Positions 25,501-39,034 of a stretch of 64,000 bases of DNA are shown piece by piece. The notes under the pieces are model-generated. The model was not told where the DNA came from. It saw nothing but the letters and a program-made list of their open reading frames with translations, and did no database searches. The first letter of the stretch is position 1; each line of letters begins with the position of its first letter. The DNA is taken from assembly GCF_009914755.1 (NCBI RefSeq), contig NC_060929.1; one strand, given 5' to 3'. Position numbers and translations under genes: made by a program. The stretch is from the human T2T-CHM13v2.0 reference genome, Homo sapiens.

Positions 25501-28500
25501 CAAGTGGAGATTTCTGCCGCGTTGAGGTCAATGGTAGAAAAGGAAATATCTTCGTATAAAAACTAGACAGAATGATTCTCAGAAACTCCTTTGAGATGTG
25601 TGTGTTCAACTCACAGTTTAACCTTTCTTTTCATAGAGCAGTTAGGAATCACTCTGTTTGTAAAGTCTGCAAGTGGATATTCAGACCTCTTTGAGGCCTT
25701 CGTTGGAAACGGGTTTTTTTCATATAAGGCTAGACAGAAGAATTCCCAGTAACTTCCTTGTGTTGTGTGTGTTCAACTCACAGAGTTGAACTTTCATTTA
25801 CACAGAGCAGATTTGAAACACTCTTTTTGTGGAATTTGCAAGTGGAGATTTCAGCCGCTTTGAAGTCAAATGTAGAAAAGGAAATATCTTCCTATAAAAA
25901 CTAGACAGAATGATTCTCAGAAACTCCTTTGTGATGTGTGCGTTCAACTCACAGAGTTTAACCTTTCTTTTCATAGAGCAGTTAGGAAACACTCTGTTTG
26001 TAAAGTCTGCAAGTGGATATTCAGACCTCTTTGAGGCCTTCGTTGGAAACGGGTTTTTTTCATATAAGGCTAGACAGAAGAATTCCCAGTAACTTCCTTG
26101 TGTTGTGTGTGTTCAACTCACAGAGTTGAACTTTCATTTACACAGAGCAGATTTGAAACACTCTTTTTGTGGAATTTGCAAGTGGAGATTTCAAGCGCTT
26201 TGAGGCCAAAGGCAGAAAAGGAAATATCTTCGTATAAAAACTAGACAGAATCATTCTCAGAAACTGCTCTGCGATGTGTGCGTTCAACTCTCAGAGTTTA
26301 ACTTTTCTTTTCATTCAGCAGTTTGGAAACACTCTGTTTGTAAAGTCTGCACGTGGATATTTTGACCACTTAGAGGCCTTCGTTGGAAACGGGCTTTTTC
26401 CTGTAAGGCTAGACAGAAGAATTCCCAGTAAATTCCTTGTGTTGTGTACATTCAACTCACAGAGTTGAACGTTCCCTTAGACAGAGCAGATTTGAAACAC
26501 TCTTTTTGTGCAATTGGCAAGTGGAGATTTCAAGCGCTTTAAGGTCAATGGCAGAAAAGGAAATATCTTCGTTTCAAAACTAGACAGAATCATTCCCACA
26601 AACTGCGTTGTGATGTGTTCGTTCATCTCACAGAGTTTAACCTTTCTTTTCATAGAGCAGTTAGGAAACACTATGTTTGTAAATTCTGTAAGTGGATATT
26701 CTGACATCTTGTGGCCTTCGTTGGAAACGGGATTTCTTCATATTCTGCTAGACAGAAGAATTCTCAGAATCTTCCTTGTGTTGTGTGTATTCAACTCACA
26801 CAGTTGAACGATGGTTTACACAGAGCAGATTTGAAACACTCTTTTTGTGGAATTTGCAAGTGGAGATTTCAGCCGCTTTGAGGTCAATGGTAGAAAAGGA
26901 AATATCTTCGTATAAAAACTAGACAGAATGATTCTCAGAAACTCCTTTGTGATGTGTGCGTTCAACTCACAGAGTTTAACCTTTCTTTTCATAGAGCAGT
27001 TAGGAAACACTCTGTTTGTAAACTCTGCAAGTGGATATTCAGACCTCTTTGAGGCCTTCGTTGGAAACGGGATTTCTTCATACTGTGCTAGACAGAAGAA
27101 TTCTCAGTAACTTCCTTGTGTTGTGTGTATTCAACTCACAGAGTTGAACGATCCTTTACACAGAGCAGACTTGGAACACTCTTTTTGTGGAATTTGCAAG
27201 TGGAGATTTCTGCCGCGTTGAGGTCAATGGTAGAAAAGGAAATATCTTCGTATAAAAACTAGACAGAATGATTCTCAGAAACTCCTTTGAGATGTGTGTG
27301 TTCAACTCACAGTTTAACCTTTCTTTTCATAGAGCAGTTAGGAATCACTCTGTTTGTAAAGTCTGCAAGTGGATATTCAGACCTCTTTGAGGCCTTCGTT
27401 GGAAACGGGTTTTTTTCATATAAGGCTAGACAGAAGAATTCCCAGTAACTTCCTTGTGTTGTGTGTGTTCAACTCACAGAGTTGAACTTTCATTTACACA
27501 GAGCAGATTTGAAACACTCTTTTTGTGGAATTTGCAAGTGGAGATTTCAGCCGCTTTGAAGTCAAATGTAGAAAAGGAAATATCTTCCTATAAAAACTAG
27601 ACAGAATGATTCTCAGAAACTCCTTTGTGATGTGTGCGTTCAACTCACAGAGTTTAACCTTTCTTTTCATAGAGCAGTTAGGAAACACTCTGTTTGTAAA
27701 GTCTGCAAGTGGATATTCAGACCTCTTTGAGGCCTTCGTTGGAAACGGGTTTTTTTCATATAAGGCTAGACAGAAGAATTCCCAGTAACTTCCTTGTGTT
27801 GTGTGTGTTCAACTCACAGAGTTGAACTTTCATTTACACAGAGCAGATTTGAAACACTCTTTTTGTGGAATTTGCAAGTGGAGATTTCAAGCGCTTTGAG
27901 GCCAAAGGCAGAAAAGGAAATATCTTCGTATAAAAACTAGACAGAATCATTCTCAGAAACTGCTCTGCGATGTGTGCGTTCAACTCTCAGAGTTTAACTT
28001 TTCTTTTCATTCAGCAGTTTGGAAACACTCTGTTTGTAAAGTCTGCACGTGGATATTTTGACCACTTAGAGGCCTTCGTTGGAAACGGGTTTTTTTCCTG
28101 TAAGGCTAGACAGAAGAATTCCCAGTAACTTCCTTGTGTTGTGTACATTCAACTCACAGAGTTGAACGTTCCCTTAGACAGAGCAGATTTGAAACACTCT
28201 TTTTGTGCAATTGGCAAGTGGAGATTTCAAGCGCTTTAAGGTCAATGGCAGAAAAGGAAATATCTTCGTTTCAAAACTAGACAGAATCATTCCCACAAAC
28301 TGCGTTTTGATGTGTTCGTTCATCTCACAGAGTTTAACCTTTCTTTTCATAGAGCAGTTAGGAAACAGTCTGTTTGTCAATTCTGTAAGTGGATATTCTG
28401 ACATCTTGTGGCCTTCGTTGGAAACGGGATTTCTTCATATTCTGCTAGACAGAAGAATTCTCAGAATCTTCCTTGTGTTGTGTGTATTCAACTCACAGAG

Positions 28501-31500
28501 TTGAACGATGGTTTACACAGAGCAGATTTGAAACACTCTTTTTGTGGAATTTGCAAGTGGAGATTTCAGCCGCTTTGAGGTCAATGGTAGAAAAGGAAAT
28601 ATCTTCCTATAAAAACTAGACAGAATGATTCTCAGAAACTCCTTTGTGATGTGTGCGTTCAACTCACAGAGTTTAACCTTTCTTTTCATAGAGCAGTTAG
28701 GAAACACTCTGTTTGTAAACTCTGCAAGTGGATATTCAGACCTCTTTGAGGCCTTCGTTGGAAACGGGTTTTTTTCATATAAGGCTAGACAGAAGAATTC
28801 CCAGTAACTTCCTTGTGTTGTGTGTGTTCAACTCACAGAGTTGAACTTTCATTTACACAGAGCAGATTTGAAACACTCTTTTTGTGGAATTTGCAAGTGG
28901 AGATTTCAAGCGCTTTGAGGCCAAAGGCAGAAAAGGAAATATCTTCGTATAAAAACTAGACAGAATCATTCTCAGAAACTGCTCTGCGATGTGTGCGTTC
29001 AACTCTCAGAGTTTAACTTTTCTTTTCATTCAGCAGTTTGGAAACACTCTGTTTGTAAAGTCTGCACGTGGATAATTTGACCCCTTAGAGGCCTTCGTTG
29101 GAAACGGGTTTTTTTCATGTAAGGCTAGACAGAAGAATTCTCAGTAACTTCCTTGTGTTGTGTGTGTTCAACTCACAGAGTTGAACTTTCATTTACACAG
29201 AGCAGATTTGAAACACTCTTTTTGTGGAATTTGCAAGTGGAGATTTCAGCCGCTTTGAAGTCAAATGTAGAAAAGGAAATATCTTCCTATAAAAACTAGA
29301 CAGAATGATTCTCAGAAACTCCTTTGTGATGTGTGCGTTCAACTCACAGAGTTTAACCTTTCTTTTCATAGAGCAGTTAGGAAACACTCTGTTTGTAAAG
29401 TCTGCAAGTGGATATTCAGACCTCTTTGAGGCCTTCGTTGGAAACGGGTTTTTTTCATGTAAGGCTAGACAGAAGAATTCCCAGTAACTTCCTTGTGTTG
29501 TGTGTGTTCAACTCACAGAGTTGAACTTTCATTTACACAGAGCAGATTTGAAACACTCTTTTTGTGGAATTTGCAAGTGGAGATTTCAAGCGCTTTGAGG
29601 CCAAAGGCAGAAAAGGAAATATCTTCGTATAAAAACTAGACAGAATCATTCTCAGAAACTGCTCTGCGATGTGTGCGTTCAACTCTCAGAGTTTAACTTT
29701 TCTTTTCATTCAGCAGTTTGGAAACACTCTGTTTGTAAAGTCTGCACGTGGATATTTTGACCACTTAGAGGCCTTCGTTGGAAACGGTTTTTTTTCCTGT
29801 AAGGCTAGACAAAAGAATTCCCAGTAACTTCCTTGTGTTGTGTACATTCAACTCACAGAGTTGAACGTTCCCTTAGACAGAGCAGATTTGAAACACTCTT
29901 TTTGTGCAATTGGCAAGTGGAGATTTCAAGCGCTTTAAGGTCAATGGCAGAAAAGGAAATATCTTCGTTTCAAAACTAGACAGAATCATTCCCACAAACT
30001 GCGTTGTGATGTGTTCGTTCATCTCACAGAGTTTAACATTTCTTTTCATAGAGCAGTTAGGAAACACTCTGTTTGTAAATTCTGTAAGTGGATATTCTGA
30101 CATCTTGTGGCCTTCGTTGGAAACGGGATTTCTTCATATTCTGCTAGACAGAAGAATTCTCAGAATCTTCCTTGTGTTGTGTGTATTCAACTCACAGAGT
30201 TGAACGATGGTTTACACAGAGCAGATTTGAAACACTCTTTTTGTGGAATTTGCAAGTGGAGATTTCAGCCGCTTTGAGGTCAATGGTAGAAAAGGAAATA
30301 TCTTCGTATAAAAACTAGACAGAATGATTCTCAGAAACTCCTTTGTGATGTGTGCGTTCAACTCACAGAGTTTAACCTTTCTTTTCATAGAGCAGTTAGG
30401 AAACACTCTGTTTGTAAACTCTGCAAGTGGATATTCAGACCTCTTTGAGGCCTTCGTTGGAAACGGGATTTCTTCATACTGTGCTAGACAGAAGAATTCT
30501 CAGTAACTTCCTTGTGTTGTGTGTATTCAACTCACAGAGTTGAACGATCCTTTACACAGAGCAGACTTGGAACACTCTTTTTGTGGAATTTGCAAGTGGA
30601 GATTTCTGCCGCGTTGAGGTCAATGGTAGAAAAGGAAATATCTTCGTATAAAAACTAGACAGAATGATTCTCAGAAACTCCTTTGAGATGTGTGTGTTCA
30701 ACTCACAGTTTAACCTTTCTTTTCATAGAGCAGTTAGGAATCACTCTGTTTGTAAAGTCTGCAAGTGGATATTCAGACCTCTTTGAGGCCTTCGTTGGAA
30801 ACGGGTTTTTTTCATATAAGGCTAGACAGAAGAATTCCCAGTAACTTCCTTGTGTTGTGTGTGTTCAACTCACAGAGTTGAACTTTCATTTACACAGAGC
30901 AGATTTGAAACACTCTTTTTGTGGAATTTGCAAGTGGAGATTTCAAGCGCTTTGAGGCCAAAGGCAGAAAAGGAAATATCTTCGTATAAAAACTAGACAG
31001 AATCATTCTCAGAAACTGCTCTGCGATGTGTGCGTTCAACTCTCAGAGTTTAACTTTTCTTTTCATTCAGCAGTTTGGAAACACTCTGTTTGTAAAGTCT
31101 GCACGTGGATATTTTGACCACTTAGAGGCCTTCGTTGGAAACGGGCTTTTTCCTGTAAGGCTAGACAGAAGAATTCCCAGTAAATTCCTTGTGTTGTGTA
31201 CATTCAACTCACAGAGTTGAACGTTCCCTTAGACAGAGCAGATTTGAAACACTCTTTTTGTGCAATTGGCAAGTGGAGATTTCAAGCGCTTTAAGGTCAA
31301 TGGCAGAAAAGGAAATATCTTCGTATAAAAACTAGACAGAATCATTCCCACAAACTGCGTTGTGATGTGTTCGTTCATCTCACAGAGTTTAACCTTTCTT
31401 TTCATAGAGCAGTTAGGAAACAGTCTGTTTGTAAATTCTGTAAGTGGATATTCTGACATCTTGTGGCCTTCGTTGGAAACGGGATTTCTTCATATTCTGC

Positions 31501-34500
31501 TAGACAGAAGAATTCTCAGAATCTTCCTTGTGTTGTGTGTATTCAACTCACAGAGTTGAACGATGGTTTACACAGAGCAGATTTGAAACACTCTTTTTGT
31601 GGAATTTGCAAGTGGAGATTTCAGCCGCTTTGAGGTCAATGGTAGAAAAGGGAATATCTTCCTATAAAAACTAGACAGAATGATTCTCAGAAACTCCTTT
31701 GTGATGTGTGCATTCAACTCACAGAGTTTAACCTTTCTTTTCATAGAGCAGTTAGGAAACACTCTGTTTGTAAAGTCTGCAAGTGGATATTCAGACCTCT
31801 TTGAGGCCTTCGTTGGAAACGGGTTTTTTTCATATAAGGCTAGACAGAAGAATTCCCAGTAACTTCCTTGTGTTGTGTGTGTTCAACTCACAGAGTTGAA
31901 CTTTCATTTACACAGAGCAGATTTGAAACACTCTTTTTGTGGAATTTGCAGGTGGAGATTTCAAGCGCTTTGAGGCCAAAGGCAGAAAAGGAAATATCTT
32001 CGTATAAAAACTAGACAGAATCATTCTCAGAAACTGCTCTGCGATGTGTGCGTTCAACTCTCAGAGTTTAACTTTTCTTTTCATTCAGCAGTTTGGAAAC
32101 ACTCTGTTTGTAAAGTCTGCACGTGGATAATTTGACCACTTAGAGGCCTTCGTTGGAAACGGGTTTTTTTCATGTAAGGCTAGACAGAAGAATTCTCAGT
32201 AACTTCCTTGTGTTGTGTGTATTCAACTCACAGAGTTGAACGATCCTTTACACAGAGCAGACTTGTAACCCTCTTTTTGTGGAATTTGCAAGTGGAGATT
32301 TCAGCCGCTTTGAAGTCAAAGGTAGAAAAGGAAATATCTTCCTATAAAAACTAGACAGAATGATTCTCAGAAACTCCTTTGTGATGTGTGCGTTCAACTC
32401 ACAGAGTTTAACCTTTCTTTTCATAGAGCAGTTAGGAAACACTCTGCTTGTAAAGTCTGCAAGTGGATATTCAGCCCTCTTTGAGGCCTTCGTTGGAAAC
32501 GGGTTTTTTTCATATAAGGCTAGACAGAAGAATTCCCAGTAACTTCCTTGTGTTGTGTGTGTTCAACTCACAGAGTTGAACTTTGATTTACACAGAGCAG
32601 ATTTGAAACACTCTTTTTGTGGAATTTGCAAGTGGAGATTTCAAGCGCTTTGAGGCCAAAGGCAGAAAAGGAAATATCTTCGTATAAAAACTAGACAGAA
32701 TCATTCTCAGAAACTGCTCTGCGATGTGTGCGTTCAACTCTCAGAGTTTAACTTTTCTTTTCATTCAGCAGTTTGGAAACACTCTGTTTGTAAAGTCTGC
32801 ACGTGGATATTTTGACCACTTAGAGGCCTTCGTTGGAAACGGGTTTTTTCCTGTAAGGCTAGACAAAAGAATTCCCAGTAACTTCCTTGTGTTGTGTACA
32901 TTCAACTCACAGAGTTGAACGTTCCCTTAGACAGAGCAGATTTGAAACACTCTTTTTGTGCAATTGGCAAGTGGAGATTTCAAGCGCTTTAAGGTCAATG
33001 GCAGAAAAGGAAATATCTTCGTTTCAAAACTAGACAGAATCATTCCCACAAACTGCGTTGTGATGTGTTCGTTCATCTCACAGAGTTTAACCTTTCTTTT
33101 CATAGAGCAGTTAGGAAACACTCTGTTTGTAAATTCTGTAAGTGGATATTCTGACATCTTGTGGCCTTCGTTGGAAACGGGATTTCTTCATATTCTGCTA
33201 GACAGAAGAATTCTCAGAATCTTCCTTGTGTTGTGTGTATTCAACTCACACAGTTGAACGATGGTTTACACAGAGCAGATTTGAAACACTCTTTTTGTGG
33301 AATTTGCAAGTGGAGATTTCAGCCGCTTTGAGGTCAATGGTAGAAAAGGAAATATCTTCGTATAAAAACTAGACAGAATGATTCTCAGAAACTCCTTTGT
33401 GATGTGTGCGTTCAACTCACAGAGTTTAACCTTTCTTTTCATAGAGCAGTTAGGAAACACTCTGTTTGTAAACTCTGCAAGTGGATATTCAGACCTCTTT
33501 GAGGCCTTCGTTGGAAACGGGATTTCTTCATACTGTGCTAGACAGAAGAATTCTCAGTAACTTCCTTGTGTTGTGTGTATTCAACTCACAGAGTTGAACG
33601 ATCCTTTACACAGAGCAGACTTGGAACACTCTTTTTGTGGAATTTGCAAGTGGAGATTTCTGCCGCGTTGAGGTCAATGGTAGAAAAGGAAATATCTTCG
33701 TATAAAAACTAGACAGAATGATTCTCAGAAACTCCTTTGAGATGTGTGTGTTCAACTCACAGTTTAACCTTTCTTTTCATAGAGCAGTTAGGAATCACTC
33801 TGTTTGTAAAGTCTGCAAGTGGATATTCAGACCTCTTTGAGGCCTTCGTTGGAAACGGGTTTTTTTCATATAAGGCTAGACAGAAGAATTCCCAGTAACT
33901 TCCTTGTGTTGTGTGTGTTCAACTCACAGAGTTGAACTTTCATTTACACAGAGCAGATTTGAAACACTCTTTTTGTGGAATTTGCAAGTGGAGATTTCAA
34001 GCGCTTTGAGGCCAAAGGCAGAAAAGGAAATATCTTCGTATAAAAACTAGACAGAATCATTCTCAGAAACTGCTCTGCGATGTGTGCGTTCAACTCTCAG
34101 AGTTTAACTTTTCTTTTCATTCAGCAGTTTGGAAACACTCTGTTTGTAAAGTCTGCACGTGGATATTTTGACCACTTAGAGGCCTTCGTTGGAAACGGGC
34201 TTTTTCCTGTAAGGCTAGACAGAAGAATTCCCAGTAAATTCCTTGTGTTGTGTACATTCAACTCACAGAGTTGAACGTTCCCTTAGACAGAGCAGATTTG
34301 AAACACTCTTTTTGTGCAATTGGCAAGTGGAGATTTCAAGCGCTTTAAGGTCAATGGCAGAAAAGGAAATATCTTCGTTTCAAAACTAGACAGAATCATT
34401 CCCACAAACTGCGTTGTGATGTGTTCGTTCATCTCACAGAGTTTAACCTTTCTTTTCATAGAGCAGTTAGGAAACACTATGTTTGTAAATTCTGTAAGTG

Positions 34501-37500
34501 GATATTCTGACATCTTGTGGCCTTCGTTGGAAACGGGATTTCTTCATATTCTGCTAGACAGAAGAATTCTCAGAATCTTCCTTGTGTTGTGTGTATTCAA
34601 CTCACACAGTTGAACGATGGTTTACACAGAGCAGATTTGAAACACTCTTTTTGTGGAATTTGCAAGTGGAGATTTCAGCCGCTTTGAGGTCAATGGTAGA
34701 AAAGGAAATATCTTCGTATAAAAACTAGACAGAATGATTCTCAGAAACTCCTTTGTGATGTGTGCGTTCAACTCACAGAGTTTAACCTTTCTTTTCATAG
34801 AGCAGTTAGGAAACACTCTGTTTGTAAACTCTGCAAGTGGATATTCAGACCTCTTTGAGGCCTTCGTTGGAAACGGGATTTCTTCATACTGTGCTAGACA
34901 GAAGAATTCTCAGTAACTTCCTTGTGTTGTGTGTATTCAACTCACAGAGTTGAACGATCCTTTACACAGAGCAGACTTGGAACACTCTTTTTGTGGAATT
35001 TGCAAGTGGAGATTTCTGCCGCGTTGAGGTCAATGGTAGAAAAGGAAATATCTTCGTATAAAAACTAGACAGAATGATTCTCAGAAACTCCTTTGAGATG
35101 TGTGTGTTCAACTCACAGTTTAACCTTTCTTTTCATAGAGCAGTTAGGAATCACTCTGTTTGTAAAGTCTGCAAGTGGATATTCAGACCTCTTTGAGGCC
35201 TTCGTTGGAAACGGGTTTTTTTCATATAAGGCTAGACAGAAGAATTCCCAGTAACTTCCTTGTGTTGTGTGTGTTCAACTCACAGAGTTGAACTTTCATT
35301 TACACAGAGCAGATTTGAAACACTCTTTTTGTGGAATTTGCAAGTGGAGATTTCAGCCGCTTTGAAGTCAAATGTAGAAAAGGAAATATCTTCCTATAAA
35401 AACTAGACAGAATGATTCTCAGAAACTCCTTTGTGATGTGTGCGTTCAACTCACAGAGTTTAACCTTTCTTTTCATAGAGCAGTTAGGAAACACTCTGTT
35501 TGTAAAATCTGCAAGTGGATATTCAGACCTCTTTGAGGCCTTCGTTGGAAACGGGTTTTTTTCATATAAGGCTAGACAGAAGAATTCCCAGTAACTTCCT
35601 TGTGTTGTGTGTGTTCAACTCACAGAGTTGAACTTTCATTTACACAGAGCAGATTTGAAACACTCTTTTTGTGGAATTTGCAAGTGGAGATTTCAAGCGC
35701 TTTGAGGCCAAAGGCAGAAAAGGAAATATCTTCGTATAAAAACTAGACAGAATCATTCTCAGAAACTGCTCTGCGATGTGTGCGTTCAACTCTCAGAGTT
35801 TAACTTTTCTTTTCATTCAGCAGTTTGGAAACACTCTGTTTGTAAAGTCTGCACGTGGATATTTTGACCACTTAGAGGCCTTCGTTGGAAACGGGTTTTT
35901 TTCCTGTAAGGCTAGACAGAAGAATTCCCAGTAACTTCCTTGTGTTGTGTACATTCAACTCACAGAGTTGAACGTTCCCTTAGACAGAGCAGATTTGAAA
36001 CACTCTTTTTGTGCAATTGGCAAGTGGAGATTTCAAGCGCTTTAAGGTCAATGGCAGAAAAGGAAATATCTTCGTTTCAAAACTAGACAGAATCATTCCC
36101 ACAAACTGCGTTGTGATGTGTTCGTTCATCTCACAGAGTTTAACCTTTCTTTTCATAGAGCAGTTAGGAAACAGTCTGTTTGTAAATTCTGTAAGTGGAT
36201 ATTCTGACATCTTGTGGCCTTCGTTGGAAACGGGATTTCTTCATATTCTGCTAGACAGAAGAATTCTCAGAATCTTCCTTGTGTTGTGTGTATTCAACTC
36301 ACAGAGTTGAACGATGGTTTACACAGAGCAGATTTGAAACACTCTTTTTGTGGAATTTGCAAGTGGAGATTTCAGCCGCTTTGAGGTCAATGGTAGAAAA
36401 GGAAATATCTTCCTATAAAAACTAGACAGAATGATTCTCAGAAACTCCTTTGTGATGTGTGCGTTCAACTCACAGAGTTTAACCTTTCTTTTCATAGAGC
36501 AGTTAGGAAACACTCTGTTTGTAAACTCTGCAAGTGGATATTCAGACCTCTTTGAGGCCTTCGTTGGAAACGGGTTTTTTTCATATAAGGCTAGACAGAA
36601 GAATTCCCAGTAACTTCCTTGTGTTGTGTGTGTTCAACTCACAGAGTTGAACTTTCATTTACACAGAGCAGATTTGAAACACTCTTTTTGTGGAATTTGC
36701 AGGTGGAGATTTCAAGCGCTTTGAGGCCAAAGGCAGAAAAGGAAATATCTTCGTATAAAAACTAGACAGAATCATTCTCAGAAACTGCTCTGCGATGTGT
36801 GCGTTCAACTCTCAGAGTTTAACTTTTCTTTTCATTCAGCAGTTTGGAAACACTCTGTTTGTAAAGTCTGCACGTGGATAATTTGACCCCTTAGAGGCCT
36901 TCGTTGGAAACGGGTTTTTTTCATGTAAGGCTAGACAGAAGAATTCTCAGTAACTTCCTTGTGTTGTGTGTGTTCAACTCACAGAGTTGAACTTTCATTT
37001 ACACAGAGCAGATTTGAAACACTCTTTTTGTGGAATTTGCAAGTGGAGATTTCAGCCGCTTTGAAGTCAAATGTAGAAAAGGAAATATCTTCCTATAAAA
37101 ACTAGACAGAATGATTCTCAGAAACTCCTTTGTGATGTGTGCGTTCAACTCACAGAGTTTAACCTTTCTTTTCATAGAGCAGTTAGGAAACACTCTGTTT
37201 GTAAAGTCTGCAAGTGGATATTCAGACCTCTTTGAGGCCTTCGTTGGAAACGGGTTTTTTTCATATAAGGCTAGACAGAAGAATTCCCAGTAACTTCCTT
37301 GTGTTGTGTGTGTTCAACTCACAGAGTTGAACTTTGATTTACACAGAGCAGATTTGAAACACTCTTTTTGTGGAATTTGCAAGTGGAGATTTCAAGCGCT
37401 TTGAGGCCAAAGGCAGAAAAGGAAATATCTTCGTATAAAAACTAGACAGAATCATTCTCAGAAACTGCTCTGCGATGTGTGCGTTCAACTCTCAGAGTTT

Positions 37501-39034
37501 AACTTTTCTTTTCATTCAGCAGTTTGGAAACACTCTGTTTGTAAAGTCTGCACGTGGATATTTTGACCACTTAGAGGCCTTCGTTGGAAACGGGTTTTTT
37601 TCCTGTAAGGCTAGACAAAAGAATTCCCAGTAACTTCCTTGTGTTGTGTACATTCAACTCACAGAGTTGAACGTTCCCTTAGACAGAGCAGATTTGAAAC
37701 ACTCTTTTTGTGCAATTGGCAAGTGGAGATTTCAAGCGCTTTAAGGTCAATGGCAGAAAAGGAAATATCTTCGTTTCAAAACTAGACAGAATCATTCCCA
37801 CAAACTGCGTTGTGATGTGTTCGTTCATCTCACAGAGTTTAACATTTCTTTTCATAGAGCAGTTAGGAAACACTCTGTTTGTAAATTCTGTAAGTGGATA
37901 TTCTGACATCTTGTGGCCTTCGTTGGAAACGGGATTTCTTCATATTCTGCTAGACAGAAGAATTCTCAGAATCTTCCTTGTGTTGTGTGTATTCAACTCA
38001 CACAGTTGAACGATGGTTTACACAGAGCAGATTTGAAACACTCTTTTTGTGGAATTTGCAAGTGGAGATTTCAGCCTCTTTGAGGTCAATGGTAGAAAAG
38101 GAAATATCTTCGTATAAAAACTAGACAGAATGATTCTCAGAAACTCCTTTGTGATGTGTGCGTTCAACTCACAGAGTTTAACCTTTCTTTTCATAGAGCA
38201 GTTAGGAAACACTCTGTTTGTAAACTCTGCAAGTGGATATTCAGACCTCTTTGAGGCCTTCGTTGGAAACGGGATTTCTTCATACTGTGCTAGACAGAAG
38301 AATTCTCAGTAACTTCCTTGTGTTGTGTGTATTCAACTCACAGAGTTGAACGATCCTTTACACAGAGCAGACTTGGAACACTCTTTTTGTGGAATTTGCA
38401 AGTGGAGATTTCTGCCGCGTTGAGGTCAATGGTAGAAAAGGAAATATCTTCGTATAAAAACTAGACAGAATGATTCTCAGAAACTCCTTTGAGATGTGTG
38501 TGTTCAACTCACAGTTTAACCTTTCTTTTCATAGAGCAGTTAGGAATCACTCTGTTTGTAAAGTCTGCAAGTGGATATTCAGACCTCTTTGAGGCCTTCG
38601 TTGGAAACGGGTTTTTTTCATATAAGGCTAGACAGAAGAATTCCCAGTAACTTCCTTGTGTTGTGTGTGTTCAACTCACAGAGTTGAACTTTCATTTACA
38701 CAGAGCAGATTTGAAACACTCTTTTTGTGGAATTTGCAAGTGGAGATTTCAAGCGCTTTGAGGCCAAAGGCAGAAAAGGAAATATCTTCGTATAAAAACT
38801 AGACAGAATCATTCTCAGAAACTGCTCTGCGATGTGTGCGTTCAACTCTCAGAGTTTAACTTTTCTTTTCATTCAGCAGTTTGGAAACACTCTGTTTGTA
38901 AAGTCTGCACGTGGATATTTTGACCACTTAGAGGCCTTCGTTGGAAACGGGCTTTTTCCTGTAAGGCTAGACAGAAGAATTCCCAGTAAATTCCTTGTGT
39001 TGTGTACATTCAACTCACAGAGTTGAACGTTCCC
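13580..39034 (+). repeat. Domain made only of 10-mer (~1697-1699 bp) and 8-mer (~1356 bp) HORs
   Basis: X positions 13580, 15279, 16976, 18675, 20030, 21726, 23425, 24781, 26477, 28174, 29873, 31229, 32927, 34283, 35980, 37679, 39035 give dimer counts 5,5,5,4,5,5,4,5,5,5,4,5,4,5,5,4. Confidence 0.85.
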
